64,000 bases of DNA, taken from contig NC_134029.1 of the NCBI RefSeq assembly GCF_964204645.1, positions 14,936,950 to 15,000,949 of the forward strand, read 5' to 3'. Under the pieces are notes generated by a model. That model ran no database searches and had not been told where the DNA came from. It saw only the letters and a program-made list of their open reading frames with translations. The stretch is from Tubulanus polymorphus. Lineage: Eukaryota; Animalia; Nemertea. Of this stretch, positions 1 to 14,304 are shown piece after piece (the stretch's first letter is position 1; every line of letters starts with the position of its first letter). The position numbers and the translations under genes are program-made.

Positions 1-199
1 AACACTGGACCTGCGGATACCTATTTGCAGGGTGGTTAGGTACCCTACAGCGCCAACGTGTGTCGATTACCGGGGCAGAGGAGGATTGATGCTGAGCCTC
101 CAATTTTTCGAGTCTCCCAGAAATGTTCTGGACCATAGACATAAGTTTGTCCATCTGGCTGGGTTGAGCTAACGCATTTACGCTGACCTCTGAAACTCT

Positions 200-778
200 C
201 TTTTTCTCGTGACGACGCTCCGTGAGTTTTCGTGTGGTGTCCAGCGATCGCGCTTGACTGACAGCGTCGGCCAGAGTCTTAGGTCGGTGCACGAACAGTT
301 GCTCTCGACCGCCCACGCTTAGTGATACCGCATTCATATAACGTTCTCGACTGTATGAAACGATCAGTCAGTCTCTCGCAAAACTTGCTGTATGTCAACG
401 ACTCAGATAATTGCAGGTTGGAGACAGCCTGATAGGCTTCATGGTCGAGACGAGACCGCAGATTTTTCTTTCTTGAGGCACCATTGTTCTTAAGTCGACT
501 GTGCCACACCTCATCCGCATAATCGTTAAACCGCTCCAACCAAATTCGAAAGTTATGGCCGATAGTATAGGGTTTGGGTGGGGGAAAGTCGGTCTGGACC
601 TCAAGGACGATGCCAATAAAACACTCTTAAACATCTCCGCCAGCTGTTGTATACTATTGGCCTCCTGGTCATTGTCTAATGGCTCATGAACAGAAGTGTC
701 AACTGACTGTTGTTCATCATTTTGTCTCAGGTCGGACGTGTCAACATCATCAATACTCATGGCCATTTTTTTTAACAA
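200..778 (-). pseudogene. Degenerate gag-like region of a Gypsy-type LTR retrotransposon
   Basis: Frameshifted ORF fragments (395-778, 279-539, continuing as TLADAVSQARSLD) directly downstream of an LTR and PBS on the minus strand. Confidence 0.5.
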
Positions 779-1134
779 GAGAAATAACAGGTTAAATATA
801 CCGACACAGGCAAATTAACGGACTCTTTAAAATGTAATAAAACCAGAAAAGTCAATTCACAACGGTGTGTCAGATACCAACACACAATAAATATTCGATA
901 ATTATAATAATAGGCCTACTAAGGGTAAATCGCAAATAAGTTCACTTCAATTTCACGTATTTGTTTTTGTATAATTAGTGCCTTACCGATCCTTACTACT
1001 TCAAGTGGAATACAGTATGGACATGTACAAAATACTCGAAAAATGTGAAAAACTGAGCGTACGGTGCACAGACTAAGTTACACAAAACGTGGGTTCACCT
1101 CAACTCAGTCTAACGCAATCAAAATCGCTAAAAA

Positions 1135-1380
1135 TCCCAGTACCCTGCCACCAATGTAATGATTTGGGATATCCTCAGTTTGGTAGGACAAAAGAGGGCC
1201 CGAAGATTCCTGTGAACCCACAAAATAACTACACAAAAGATCTGAGTTACTAGACAATACCTCTTTATTCCACGGCGGACGCAACAAGAAAGAAGAACAA
1301 TAGAACAAAAGATCCAAGGCGGTGCACCCACACGGTGCCCCTACAATAATAACAATAGGACGGCTCCGGCCGTCACAACA
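1135..1380 (-). mobile_element. 5' LTR (1155-1380) and primer-binding site of a Gypsy-like element, in the last intron of the DMXL gene
   Basis: Minus strand reads TGTTGTG...AATAAA...CATTACA, then T-TGGTGGCAG (typical LTR end plus PBS), followed by gag-like sequence. Confidence 0.6.
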
Positions 1381-2046
1381 TTCTGACTGCTGCTGCAGCT
1401 GGTAACTGAACGGTATCATAGAACAATGTCAAATAAAATTGCGTGCTAATAGTGGGTTTCGAAGCTAACTGAGTGCATAGATTGGTCTGGTGCCTTGTCC
1501 CACACCGGGTATCCCCGCAGGAAAACCCGGTTACTATTTACGGTGAAAGTGAAGAATGATTCCATCCTTCCGCGATATGACAACACCGTTGATTACCTCT
1601 AGGGAGAGGCCCTATTGATTTTGGGCTCCAAAGGTCAAGGTCAGGAGAGGTAATTGCGTGTAAATGCGATTCAAGAAAAACCATTGATAGCAGGACATTG
1701 TTATTTCATAGTATACCCAGGTGAGGATGTGGCATACTGATTTTGGAGTTCTAGGGCAAAGATCATTTGAAAAATTTTAATCACTAATGATTTTTGAATA
1801 GCAAAGATCAGGGTCTTCAGGGGTCACGGAGGACGTAGATAAATAGTATCAAATTGCCTTGACATTCGGGAGTGACACAGGCGGCTTGGCGATTTGATGA
1901 GAAACAAGGTATCAACTTTGAAGGGCCTTATCTTGTACATCTTAAAAAATATGGTATGAGGGGTTATTGCAAGTAAGTTATTGCAACAACAGTGATTTAC
2001 TAATTGCCTGTGAATAAACCACCACATATATATATTTTACTTTCAG

Positions 2047-2247
2047 ATTTGGGGCTTAACAGTTCACAATGTTATGGCGGCCTTTCTGAATGAACATTCA
2101 AAAGCCACAATATTTCGAAATATTGGATCTGGTGTTATGGAGCTTCAACTCGTTCCTCCCCATCATTTGTACTCATGTGGGGCAGATGGATCCCTGAAGG
2201 TTCGAAAACTGACTAATTCAGACAATATTGTTAGTTCCATCTACTGA
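2047..2247 (+). CDS. DMXL: Terminal coding exon of DmX-like protein / Rabconnectin-3 alpha (C-terminal WD40 repeat)
   Basis: Acceptor tttcag at 2041-2046; translates IWGLTVHNVMAAFLNEHSKATIFRNIGSGVMELQLVPPHHLYSCGADGSLKVRKL...SIY*, matching the DMXL1/2 C-terminus pattern EH.K..IFRNIG.GVM...L(F/Y)SCGADG.LK. Not in the supplied ORF track. Confidence 0.85.
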   Translation: MWGLTVHNVMAAFLNEHSKATIFRNIGSGVMELQLVPPHHLYSCGADGSLKVRKLTNSDNIVSSIY

Positions 2248-3677
2248 TGTAAAGATACTAACAGAAAGGTTGAATATGAAATGATAACCTCTTTGATAAG
2301 TATCAACACCCCAAAATTATGAGATGTACATGTGAAAGTGTTGATAGAAATATTGTTTACAAAATCCTATGAATGTTATAGTTAATCGACATGTATGCCA
2401 CCTAAAATTTTGATTGGCAAAGCTTCTACTTTGTGAACATTTTTCAGCCTGCAAGTATTGGTTAATTAAAAGTGCATGTAATCTAGTCACTGTAAAATAA
2501 TTAGTCAAGTCATGAGAGTCAACCATAATGACATATGATAAGATATGCTTGATTTACGCAGTTTTGTTCGCTCAGGCATATTGTCAAGCATTTTCAGTAG
2601 CTCAACTGTTGTATTTACAGCGTATATTTTTCATACCTAGTTATCATTATAATTTATTACCTCATGATGATATTCTCGTGTTCTAGCGTATGCACACAAT
2701 GAAAAGTCTATCCCAGTGGCTATGATCTTGGCATTTCACTCTCAAGGGGCCAGTATCAACAACAATTTGATAGATGCTGACAGCTGAAAGTGGTCAAACT
2801 CAGATTGAGCGCCGTTGGCTCGCTGTCTCCAACCACTTGTTACTAAGTTACAGGCAAGAGTGAGAAAAGGCAAAACTTTTCCAAACCTATCATGAGAAAA
2901 TGAAGAAATAAGCAATGAAATCAGTTTTAAAGTCCTGTTGCATTGAAGAGTTATTATTTTACAGGGTAATTAGGTCATTTTTAACGAAATGTCTGAACTA
3001 ATTTCCAAGTTGAAACATTGTATTTAGTCGGTGTTTCCAAGCAAAATAACAGTAACTCCAGACAATAAATTAATTCACTATTTACATTTGTAAAGATATT
3101 TCCACAGAGATAGTTATACGCAGATTGAATCCATATATAACATGGCATAATTATTCTAAAAATAAAAATGAAAATTCAAAAATTGCTTTTTAATAAAAAA
3201 GATAATATTGGTCTTTTACATCCTTTTAGGAATGACCAATTGATGGGATATTATTAGCTCTTGATTGCAGTTGTTGTTTGACCTCAGTTACTCATAAGGT
3301 TTAGTGGTAAAAACGGGGACCCAGATGTGTAATAATAACAACTCATTGATGCACCGTTATAACCACTGAGATAGACTATAGCACTCGTAGCGTCTTCTAA
3401 TAGAGCTTTAAAATTAATAAATGAAATAGTTGATTGGTACAGAAAATGGTGTCTTGCAAAATGGAATAAAACAAATTTTAGAAAAAGACTCACACATACA
3501 TTTTAGAAAGTCATGCAAACAATGCACTAATTGTCATATGACAATATTACCAAACTGAAGTCTATTGGCTCTCGAAAAGCTATTATCAAAGTGTGCTTTG
3601 TATATTATTTTTACCGTGAACCAAAGGACTCCAATTTGGAGTTATCCCGAATGGAGGGCTCCAATGAATAAGTATAA

Positions 3678-4475
3678 AGGCTGGCTTATGTCAACAAGCA
3701 AAGCAACGCCTACCGACGCAACTAGGTTTATCGCCAATTAGCGGCAACAAGCCGCCTACGAGAGGCCGCCAGTTGCTGCTCTATCGGTTCAACGTAAGCC
3801 GGCTTGCGACGGCAACCCGACGCCTACCGACTCGTCGCAAGCCGTATCCAGCTAGTTGCCAATGTTCTACTCCGGCCTACGGTATGCGGACAGTTGCTTT
3901 CGATCGCAACCGACATAAGCTCATCTGCGACGCGACGGAACTGAGCGCAAGGGTTCTAGCCAATAAGAGACCGCATATACACAGTACAAATTATGACCGC
4001 TAGTTAGCGTCATTCGTAGTTAATCATAAACTTTCAAATTCAAGTATTTCGAAACGTAAACCAAACCTTCAGCCCGGCAGATGACTGGACGGAAGATCTA
4101 GGAGCGAAATTGGTAGAATTATGGTGTGAGCGGCCATCTTTATATGATGTCGCTAGCACATTGTATTCAAAACAGAATCAGAAAGATAAAGATCTTAAAG
4201 AAATAACTTTTCTAAAAGAAATATATTCCCCAATAATTCAAAATAAATCAAATTTATTCTCAAAATGCTTATCACGTGACTATCTGAGCCGTTGCAGTTG
4301 CCAGTAATCGTAACTGACATAAGCAGGGAAGCAACTGGGAGGATCTCGTATAGTTGGCCTCAGTTGCTGCGAATCGGAGCGCAGCCAACATAAGTTGGGC
4401 TGCGATCGCGGTTGCTCTCAGTTGCGTCGGCAGGAGTCGGTCGGCGTCGAGTTGGTTGTCGACATATGCCAGCCT
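3678..4475. mobile_element. Non-autonomous PIF/Harbinger-type DNA transposon with a MADF/Myb-like remnant
   Basis: TIR AGGCTGGC(T/A)TATGTC(A/G)ACAA at both ends, TAA TSD (3675-3677 and 4476-4478); internal fragment LVELWCERPSLYDVASTLYSKQNQKDK resembles a MADF domain. Confidence 0.75.
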
Positions 4476-6936
4476 TAAATAACCTCCACCAAATAATTCT
4501 CGTGACTCTGTTTGTGGTCAGTTATGTAGTGAACGACTACTTTGTTATCCTGTTCGTAATGAAGTCATGTTGTCTCCTAGGTCAGTCGACTTCGTACCGT
4601 TCCGTTTTCTCCGTAACAACACAATGTATACACGATTGAATGTTAGATCAAGTTTATTGCGCTGTCCAATATTTCCATCATTTGATGTAAAAGATGGACA
4701 GAATTCCTTGACAAATTATGGCTAGACTATGGCACACATTGACGGCGAGGCACTGCTATGTCGAGGGTGCTGACGTGATTATGGAAAACCCACGCTCTGA
4801 TTGGTTGTTTTGGGAATGCCAGCACTTTTGACGTAATTATGGGAAACCACGCTATAATTGGTTGTTACTAGTCAAAGTGCTGAAGTGATCAGTTCGACAA
4901 ATTTAGTCGCTTATATACGGTAATCGCTCTCTAGAAGGCAGTTTTTTGGCTATTTCAACGGTCTTGCCAATCAATAATCATTCGTATTCTTAATACACTA
5001 AAAATACATAGCTATTTTTAGCAAACTCAAACGCAATTTCAGTACCCTGTAATTTCACTACTATTGGGCGAATTAAACGGATTAAATATATTTCGTAATT
5101 GGTTTTTCTTTATGGTGCGCAAAGTTGAAAGCCGTGGGTTTTATATTTTTTGAGAAATTTACCAAAAAGTTTCAAAAATTCGATTTATTTGAGCCACGTT
5201 TTCTTATGTAGCATCTTTACCTTTCCAAAATAACACATGTGAAAATTCAATGCTATTTGCGTCGGTAGAACTTTATATCGCCAAGATCCGACGCTTGGTT
5301 CGGCAGTTATGGGCTTTCAAAGACGAAACCCCTCAAAATCTTGGCTCTATAAAATTTGTTGACCCAGTTTTGACTTCCATCATGACGTCATAACATTGAA
5401 CGAGGTGGATCAGCTGGTGCGCATTATTTCACAAACAAAATGGCAGCACAATTGAATAGGTTGATATTCATCATTTCTAGCGCGAATAGTGATATTCAAG
5501 GCGTATGATGTAACGATTTATTGTGTTCGATGTGTTCAATGATTGATCTAGTTTTGATATCGCGTGCATAAGGTTACGTTGCATCAAGATTTCTGACGAA
5601 AATGCGGTTTCAAAATGCGGAAATTTACTTCCGTGTTCGCCACACGGCTGATTCACTGATAGCATCGAATTTTTAGAGATGAGTCTGATATTTACACGAC
5701 TGGAATACGTGTTTTATCATCATTAATTGAAATCATTTTATTAGCGATCCATTTTGGAGCCTGATTATTTGTATTAGTTTGTTAACTGGGGTACAGTGGA
5801 GCGTTCGCGTTGAAAAAAGTTGTATACAGTCGCGTAGGCAATATAGCCTAATCATTCTCGTGTTCACTGCGTGTATGTATCAGTTATAGAGTACGCGCAC
5901 CACGGTGTAGGTCGCGCGTAACAACGTTTTTTTCTGAGTGAAGATGTAAGCTACTTAAAGCAATCCTATCGTGAAATTATTAAAAATCATGTCAGTCAAT
6001 ACACTTTATTTCGTCAGTAACCGGCACTGACTGGCCTCAAATTTGAAGAACTTGGGAGCTTCTGCCCTGATTGGTCCGTATGATAAAAATGAAAAACCTC
6101 CGATGAAACAAAGGTTCTCACCAAGTTTGTACCGTATCTTATCGGGTCACTCATAGTTGTTTTACATCATTCAAGGGATGTATTACAATTATGAACGTTT
6201 GTTCAAACAAAATAAGACCCATAATCAATTTTTCGAAGATTTCATTCTCGTTAAAGGTCGGTTATCATTAAAAGTTCACACTGATCAAAATTGAGTCCTT
6301 TTTTATATATTTTTTTCTCGTTTAATTTTCAATGAAATAATTTTTTGCATTCCGGTAGCCTACGTGACAGATTTTTACTTCACACCAGTTTGATTATTGG
6401 TCCTTTATTTATCCAGACATGGATTTCATTAAACTTTGCCAAATAGTTTGTCTGATGTGTAAGAGGCTAACAACACGCGCGCCGCCAATGTATGACTATG
6501 AGAGTGCTGTTCAATCATCACTGAATGCTGGCTGCTGCGTGCATAAGAACGTGCTATACAATGTATTATCTTGACGCTGTGAGTTGATGAAATAAACAAA
6601 ATAATGCAAGAATAACATGGGGAAGTGATTTTGATTTTTAGGCCAGCCGTACATTGGTACACTGAGCCTGTTACACAAATGGAGCGAATTTAATTGACCA
6701 GATGGTTTCCAGATGAAAGGCTATTTCACTGTGCTACCTGGGCATATATTCATGATACATGAAATCGGAAATTCAAGCGTGCGTGCCGAATTTTGAGAAA
6801 GGGCCTCAGGTGTTCACGTGATTCCGCGGTATCGACATTTTATTTGCGGGTTAAATTTTAAGATTCAAAATTGTACTTCAAGATCGATTCCTGTGTCGAT
6901 ACACAATTAGTCAATTTGGTTTTTGAAAGGAAGTTT

Positions 6937-9624
6937 AATTGAAAGGCTGAATCCAAGAACATGTCTTTTGAGCCCAAACGTCTACTTTTACTTAGTAGCC
7001 ACTTGAGAACAATAAGCAGTTAACGATATCGGCTACTTTTCCAGTAGTATACATTTCAAAACAGTCACTCTGGAATAGTATTCCTTTCAATTCGGTTGGT
7101 TTTCTATAGTGGCTGTTTCGAAGAGTCTACTATTGAAAAGTGACCATTTTGAAACATCTGGTTTCGATAGTGCACACTAGCAGTAGAAGTGACTGTAAAA
7201 CCACCCGCCTGTTAACAGTGACTTTGTGATAGTAACTACTACCATAGCAGCTACTCTCAAAACACATCGTTTCTAAAAGTCAACTATTGAAAAGTGACCA
7301 TTTTGAGATCGCTTGCCAGATTCCCTGTTATAAATACACTGTAGCAACATATGCTTCAGATTTGCAGTGATACGTGACAATATAAACATACTGAGAAACT
7401 CTACTCACGCTATAGTTTGGGGTATAGTTCTATTTAGAATGACTCAGTTGAGATCTGAAGATATTGTAGATAATCTTTGAGGATGTGAAATGTAATGAGC
7501 GATTCCCAACTCTAACCAATAAAAGTCGAGATTGGAGTTAAATTTGTTTACAAATTGTCAACAGTTATGTAGTTTTAAGATAAATCAAAATTTCCTTCTT
7601 TTCATGGCGATATAATTGAATAAAGAATTCAATTTGAACAAATGCAGCTATTTTCAAGCATAGGTCTGCATTTATTTTTGATTTAAATTCTTAGATTAAA
7701 AGCGCAATCATGAATTCAGGCTGACGTCTCATTATTGAAATGGTGGTTTATTTTCAACGGGGGCCTGGATGTCTTTGCATCTTAAATTAAGATGTGCATA
7801 TCGGAGTGTTCGAATTTCCCTGAATTCTAATTTCGCGAAATCATTGATTTTTTTCAAACAAAATATGCTATATCCATGTGGATTTTTAACATTCCGTTTA
7901 GATCGAAAATTATCTACTAATCGGCAAAGAAGGGATATACAACCGTGTTGGTCGCTATGAGAGGGATTCCCTGTATATCTGCACCTTAAACTGGTACCTT
8001 TGTTGGTTCTAGCCCGCATTCACTTCCAAATTCAAGTATTGGTAACGTTGGTTTACGATAATTTGAGAAAAAGAGTTAAGTTGGAGAAAACTGATAATTC
8101 AGTTAATGAGTTAACTGATAATCTTATAATTCAGCGATTCATTGGTTTATCGATTCAGCGAAGTTCAAACACCGTACATTTTGGCATGTTATTATATTGG
8201 CACCTTGAAATAAAGTTTCATAGAGATATTGCGGTGCTAAGTTTATCAATGTTAAGAGGTAATTAGTTTTGGTTTGTGGTCTTTTGGTGGCCAAAGCAGC
8301 TAGTTCATTCGTTCATCAATCACTGTCTAGTTAGCCAGTGTAATTGACCTGCTGACCGATAGCTGCTGCTGGGATTTTGATAACCTATAAACAATTTACT
8401 CAACAAAGTAGGAAAGTATGTGAAACTAGAATTACAGCCTATTGCATTTCTTTCACATCTTAAGCCAAAAGAAGTTTTCTCTATCAAATGAAATTGCTGA
8501 CTTCAAAATTACGTGAACATCTCAACACTGCACTTTTATACGCTAATCGTTTGATCTTTTATAATAAGTTGGTAATTTCATTTCAACCAAACTGTATAAC
8601 TACGAAATAAGATTTTGATTATGGTATCATTTCTAGCAAGCGATAAAATGATTCAATATTCATTAACGAACAAGCAGAGAACAGCGTGACAAAGTGAACA
8701 TCACATGGATTACTTAAAAATCGTTTGTATCGAAATAAACAATTCAAGGTTAATTTTAAGTATTTTAGATACATATTTTTCGTAATTCATTTTTTGAACA
8801 TATGATTTCATTTGTATATTCCTCTCTCATATACCCTTAAAAACAAATTAAGCCTATAAGACAAATTTATTTTTTTGTCTTGTCTTTCTTTTCTACTAAA
8901 ATCAAAGATTTATGAACGCACCAGAATGTTTTATAATCGCAAATGTAAAACAAAAATCTTAAAATTCTAAGAATTCTAGGACTGGCTCTATACTTTAGTA
9001 TTAATGGATTTCATCCATGATGATGTTATATGAATGAATAGTTTTCCATTTTGTTGAGCGTAATATAATGTAGGGGATTCTTAGCATCTCAAAAACTTTG
9101 ATTTTCTATTCACAGAACTGTATTCAAAGCATACAGAGTTCTGTATACAAAGCATATAGGGTTTAACAGTACCTTTGAACCTGTCACGTATCACTGCAAA
9201 TCTTTAACAGATGCTGCTATTTTGAACAGGAAATAACCATGCCATCTCAAAATAGTCACTTTTCAATAGTTGACTTTTAGAAACGATGTGTTTTGAGAGT
9301 AGCTGCTATGGTAGGAGTTACTATCACTAAGTCACTGTTAACAGGCGGGTGGTTTTACAGTCACCTCTACTGCTAGTGTGCACTATCGAAACCAGATGTT
9401 TCAAAATGGTCACTTTTCAATAGTAGACTCTTCGAAACAGCCACTATAGAAAACCAACGGAATTGAAAGGAATACTATTCCAGAGTGACTGTTTTGAAAT
9501 GTATACTACTGGAAAAGTAGCCGATATGGTTAATTGCTTATTGTTCTCAAGTGGCTACTAAGTAAAAGTAGACGTTTGGGCTCAAAAGTGTGATAGACAT
9601 GTTCTTGGATTCAGCCTTTCAATT
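6937..9624. repeat. ~440-bp inverted repeat pair (6937-7379 / 9182-9624) enclosing ~1.8 kb; foldback-like non-autonomous element
   Basis: The two arms are near-identical reverse complements (e.g. gaaaggctgaatccaagaacatgtc / gacatgttcttggattcagcctttc); no internal ORF; no clear TSD. Confidence 0.8.
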
Positions 9625-10010
9625 TGCACTTCTGAATCCTTGACAATTGTTCGGGAAAATAGCTTTTCTCAAACCGGATAGGTGACCTTGATATGCAAAT
9701 TAGCCATGTGCACGAATTGCAAATTCAATAAAATTTCATTCCAAAAAAAAGTCAAATCCATGTCAATTTGACTTTATTGAGCAAAAAATTCAAATTCATC
9801 GAATTCCATTTTCTTTCATTCCACATTCAAATGTACTCACTAGACGATCGGTAAAGATTTATCTGAGGTATTCGTTCGTGCCAGCCGCAGTGTCTCTGTC
9901 AGTACTGTTACTTGAAAAACACAGCCAGTCTAAACAAACACACTGTTATTCAAACCCTACTGGAGTAGAAGAACCGACCACATGTTTGAAGTCTTCTAGT
10001 TTCTAGCTTT

Positions 10011-10165
10011 TTATCCCCCAATGATCCAGTGATGAGAATTCCCCGTGGTTTCCCGCGGATTTTGGTATTGAAAATTATCCAAGTAGTCCAAAAATGATGT
10101 AAACGTATAGGGGAGGGTGATGAGCTCACTCAATTGGTCCGACGCGATCGGGGTAATCGGGTGAA
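10011..10165 (-). CDS. Probable terminal exon of an unidentified host gene
   Basis: Acceptor cttttacag; phase-1 junction keeps frame with the upstream exon: (V)HPITPIASDQLSELITLPYTFTSFLDYLDNFQYQNPRETTGNSHHWIIGG*. Confidence 0.5.
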
Positions 10166-10491
10166 CTGTAAAAGCGTTCAGTGCCTGTTTTACTAATGTC
10201 GTCGCATATTGCATTTCAATGCATATTCATTGCAACACTGATTTCGTATCTACTACTACGATGTGTATGTATTTTATTGATCGGTTGCAGACAGACACGT
10301 GCGCGGCAACAGTAGTAATGCATATAGGCCTACTTACTGTTGCCGAGCGAACAGATATTATACACTGTGATGATTTTTCACAGAGCATTCATCGGCGCAT
10401 TTTAACTGCAATAATTCAGGGCTCGACCCGTAATGCGTGAGGTGCTGAATGTCATGGAATGAGGATGTGCTACATTGGAAATAGTGATTAC

Positions 10492-10725
10492 CTTCCAAAA
10501 TATAATAGTCGTTCATGGGTTCAAAATCGAAGTGCTCGGTAAACGAGCCCAAACCCCGCATAATGGCTTTGCGCCTTCGGCGCTCGTGAGTGCTGGCAGC
10601 TACGCCATCAGCTGGTTCGTGTGTGTAACTAAAGAAAAAACCACGGATTTTATAGGTCGGTGTTCTCATCTCTGGATACCACGCAGGAGGGGGCTTAAGT
10701 TTACTGTAAGTCCATTCCAGCATTT
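10492..10725 (-). CDS. Probable internal exon of the same unidentified gene
   Basis: Pyrimidine tract plus AG acceptor, G|GTAATC donor, 234 nt, phase 1 to phase 1, open frame MLEWTYSKLKPPPAWYPEMR...NDYYILE. Confidence 0.45.
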
Positions 10726-10971
10726 CTTGGCAAAGGGAAAAAGGTTGAACTAGCAGATGAAATCTTTTGTAAATGTATGACTTGCTTTAGAAATATATGT
10801 AGGACAGAACACATTTCAAGATGACCGATGCTGGCTGAACCAGCGGATAAGTAGATACAATCTTTTGAAGATTTCATGACGTATTGTCAAGTCGTGTTGT
10901 TGAAAAACATATTCATTTTGGAGGTTCCACCTTTCATGGTAGCTGACTGGTGGCTGTTTTTGTTTCTTTAA

Positions 10972-12150
10972 AGGGGTCATGAAGTATTTTTTATCATCAA
11001 TCATAACTTATTTATTGATTTAGTGGTCAAGAAATTAATTTTTAATTCTTCAATTAGTGTTAAAACGAGACTTATGATCGGCCGCGCTGATTCTTTCCCA
11101 ACCCGGAAGTGTGACGTCATTCTGAGAACCCAAACCAAAACAACATGGTGTAGTGTATAGAAACAAACAGCGATTAAAGTGCAAAATAGTGACTCAAATG
11201 CATCAGATTTTAATCAAACGTCTGATGTTTAGGAAGCCAACAGTTGTTATTAATAGACAGTCGATATCATTCTATTTAATTTGGACCTGATGCCTCAGAA
11301 CAAAGCAATTTGTGACTATAGTAAAGCATATTTCTACGTCGTGGAGCAGCGAGCATTCATCATCATTTAAGTCATTCCCTCTTTGTAAAAACCACATGGA
11401 GGGGATGACTGATATAGACCTCGCACATATTTCTGTGGGTAGAGATATTTTTATCCAGTACTGAAACCGTAAACTTGTTCGTGAATCCCAGCACAGCCTG
11501 TGCATTCCGGTCGTGTAATAGTAATGTGTGCTGCATACATACAGCCAGTATGTTGTACCTTGGAGTAATCAGACTGATTACTCCAAGGTTGTACATACTA
11601 CAGCAATGTGGGTCACTGGGAAAGCCAGTATAATATGCAGTGGAAAGCGCGTATCTCTTTAGTCTTGCTAGGTATTGAATTCGCAGAAATTGCGTCACTT
11701 GGCAGAATAAAAGGCTCTCAGATAATAAAAACATAAGTTTTGTGTATCCAAGTTTATGTGTGCCGTAATATTTGCGAGAATCCATCTCTAAAGTGTGAAG
11801 CTAGTTTACACATAGGCCGGGTGTTTTCGCTCTTACGGTCCATCATCTTAGGGCCAAATCTTGGGTTTTGGCCACTAAAATTTGTCGCTGCCTTTGTGGG
11901 AACAGTTCATAGCTTATATTATAACGCTTCTGAGTGTGCTGCAGGCGATGTGTTCTCAGAATGACGTCATCAACATCACCGCGCAAACACGAGCGTCCTG
12001 TTGCTAGGGCCGTTGCTACGGGCTTTTCTCGAGTTTGGATAAAGATATTAAAATTTTTTTCACGAGACTACTATCGATGCATACGGTGCATGTTTTATAC
12101 CAAAAAAAAAAAAGATTTAAAAATTTGTTCAAAACCTCTGCATGACCCCT
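10972..12150. mobile_element. Non-autonomous TTAA-target DNA transposon (Kolobok-like)
   Basis: TTAA|AGGGGTCATG ... CATGACCCCT|TTAA; purine-initiated TIR with TTAA TSD. Confidence 0.6.
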
Positions 12151-14227
12151 TTAAGATAGCTATTTAGGGGAAGACTTGTGTACAAGATAAAGCTCCAACC
12201 ATTAAATGGAAACTTTTTGAATTTAGGGACATGTTACTGGATATTAAGAGAAATGCCTATTGCTTTTTGGAGGTTAAACTTTCAAGATTGCGGTGGCCAT
12301 CTTTGTTCTTTAAAATAGTGAATTTTTTGCAGAAGAATCCATTTGTACAAGATACAGCTAAATTGTTTTTAAATTTGATTACATTTTTCGGATCATGTAG
12401 GAAAGAACCCAATACAAGCCATTAGATTGAAACGTTTGAACTTTTTACACAAGTCTCATGTAGAGAAAACCTCTATCGAGTTTGGGCATTCCATCTTTCG
12501 AGATACCTGACTGGTGGCCATCTTCATCCCTTAAAGTTGCTGTTGATGCAAAATCCTAGTTTTCCGGATACATGCTACACCTGCTGATAGGATTTGATGA
12601 GATGCTGGCGGATCATGTAGGAATGAACCCTACTAATTTTGGCAGATCCACCCTCCAAGATTGGCGTTGTTACATTAAATTCCCAGAGTTGAACCAAAAC
12701 ATTTCTGCCTTTTGTGCGTGTGTCTGTCTTTCCATATTGACAGAATCCAAATGAGAATCCAAATGTTTTGGAGATTGCAGAAGAACCTTCACTGGATTGT
12801 CTCGATACTTGGTTACTCCAATAATTATTGTCTCAGGTGGCGTTGGAAGTGCAGCAGTAATAATTTACTGAATGACATGTTTGCACTTCGAATACATGTA
12901 CCATGTTTTTGACACAATTGAAGTAACATCGCCGCTGCAACATATAAGAACCTGTCAAAAAGCAATCAAATTTGTTTCCAACGTGCCTGCTTATTGAAGA
13001 TCTTGATTTTTCAAATATATCTACAGTACATCTATCAATATAAAGATTACACGAAAATTGATACTACTGATATTTCCAGAACAGTAATACATTTGAAATA
13101 GTGTATTTTTTTCAAATTAAACAACCATGAGTGGTCCATTATGTCGAACAAAAATCTAACTCGGGACATGCTAACTTTTTAGCTCTGCTGTGACCAAAGA
13201 TCAGCGGAGCTGATGGGTTAGGGGAATTATCTGTCGTTGTCTGTCCATTCCACTGCTTGAATTTGTTACCAGCGCTACAGTTCTTTTCTGATAAAAAAAA
13301 CTTAAAACTAAAATTACCCTTTCATTACTTAGTCCCGTTGCTCTATTATCGTTCTCTTGCAGCACAAACGTGTGGTTCCCTTTAAACATTGATTTAGACC
13401 GGTATTTAGGGTTTAGGGTCAGTCATCATAGAAACTTTTTGCTCGTTTTGTGACATGAAAGTGGTTGGAAGTGAATTCCACTTTGTCATTTTGCCACTTT
13501 GTCACTCATGCCACTTTGTCATGAGAACCATGAAAAGAATACAACTACAATTATTTGTGTACATACATTGGACAGCACAAGTCACTATACACACAAAGAG
13601 AAATTTAGTAGGCATGTACATATATACACAGTATATATGTACATTATGATACACAGTACATAAATTTTCAAATTTTTAAATGATTATAATAATTAGATTA
13701 ATTGTACAGATTTATTTTATATAGAGTTTTCATGAATTTAAATTTTAAGTTTGGTGTATTTCTTCCGATATGGATGATTATTGGAGAATGAATAAGTTTC
13801 GGGAATCAGGACAGTTGGGAATAGTCAGGGAATTTAACACTAGGTAGTTATCACACACATATAAATCAATAATCCCTGTATCATGTTTACTATAGTTGGT
13901 CCATTGCTTAAAACAAATAAGAAAACATACTCCCGCCTCATATTTTCTATGTTTTAAATTACAGGACGACGGTACGTAGTACATGTCGTCCTATTGTTAT
14001 CGCAAAATTTGTCACGTCAAACAATTATGTCCATTTAATGCCACGTATGCGTCCGAAACTTTCACAGTCGCTTAAATATGAAACACAGAAGGTTGAGTTC
14101 GTATATGGTGAATTTTTGTTACTTGGTTGATTAAATATTGCCGCAATGAAAAAATTTTACTCGCACAACTCACCAGGACAATGGGTTCTTTTTAAGAGAG
14201 CGATAGATACGCCACCTATCGTTAACA

Positions 14228-14304
14228 TTTATTATTACAAATACAAATACACTATATTACAATATAATAACGTCGGGAGTCACACCGTTACACCACTCCT
14301 TCCT
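14228..14304 (-). mobile_element. Polypurine tract and start of the 3' LTR of the Gypsy-like element interrupted by the Polinton
   Basis: Minus strand AGGAAGGAGTGG immediately followed by TGTAAC (14292) and a downstream AATAAA; same orientation as the Gypsy fragments at 31225-32652. Confidence 0.5.

Noticed and set aside
4727-6500. Possible TIR pair (cacattgacggcg / cgccgccaatgtatg)
   Set aside because: Match is short and degenerate and no TSD was found.
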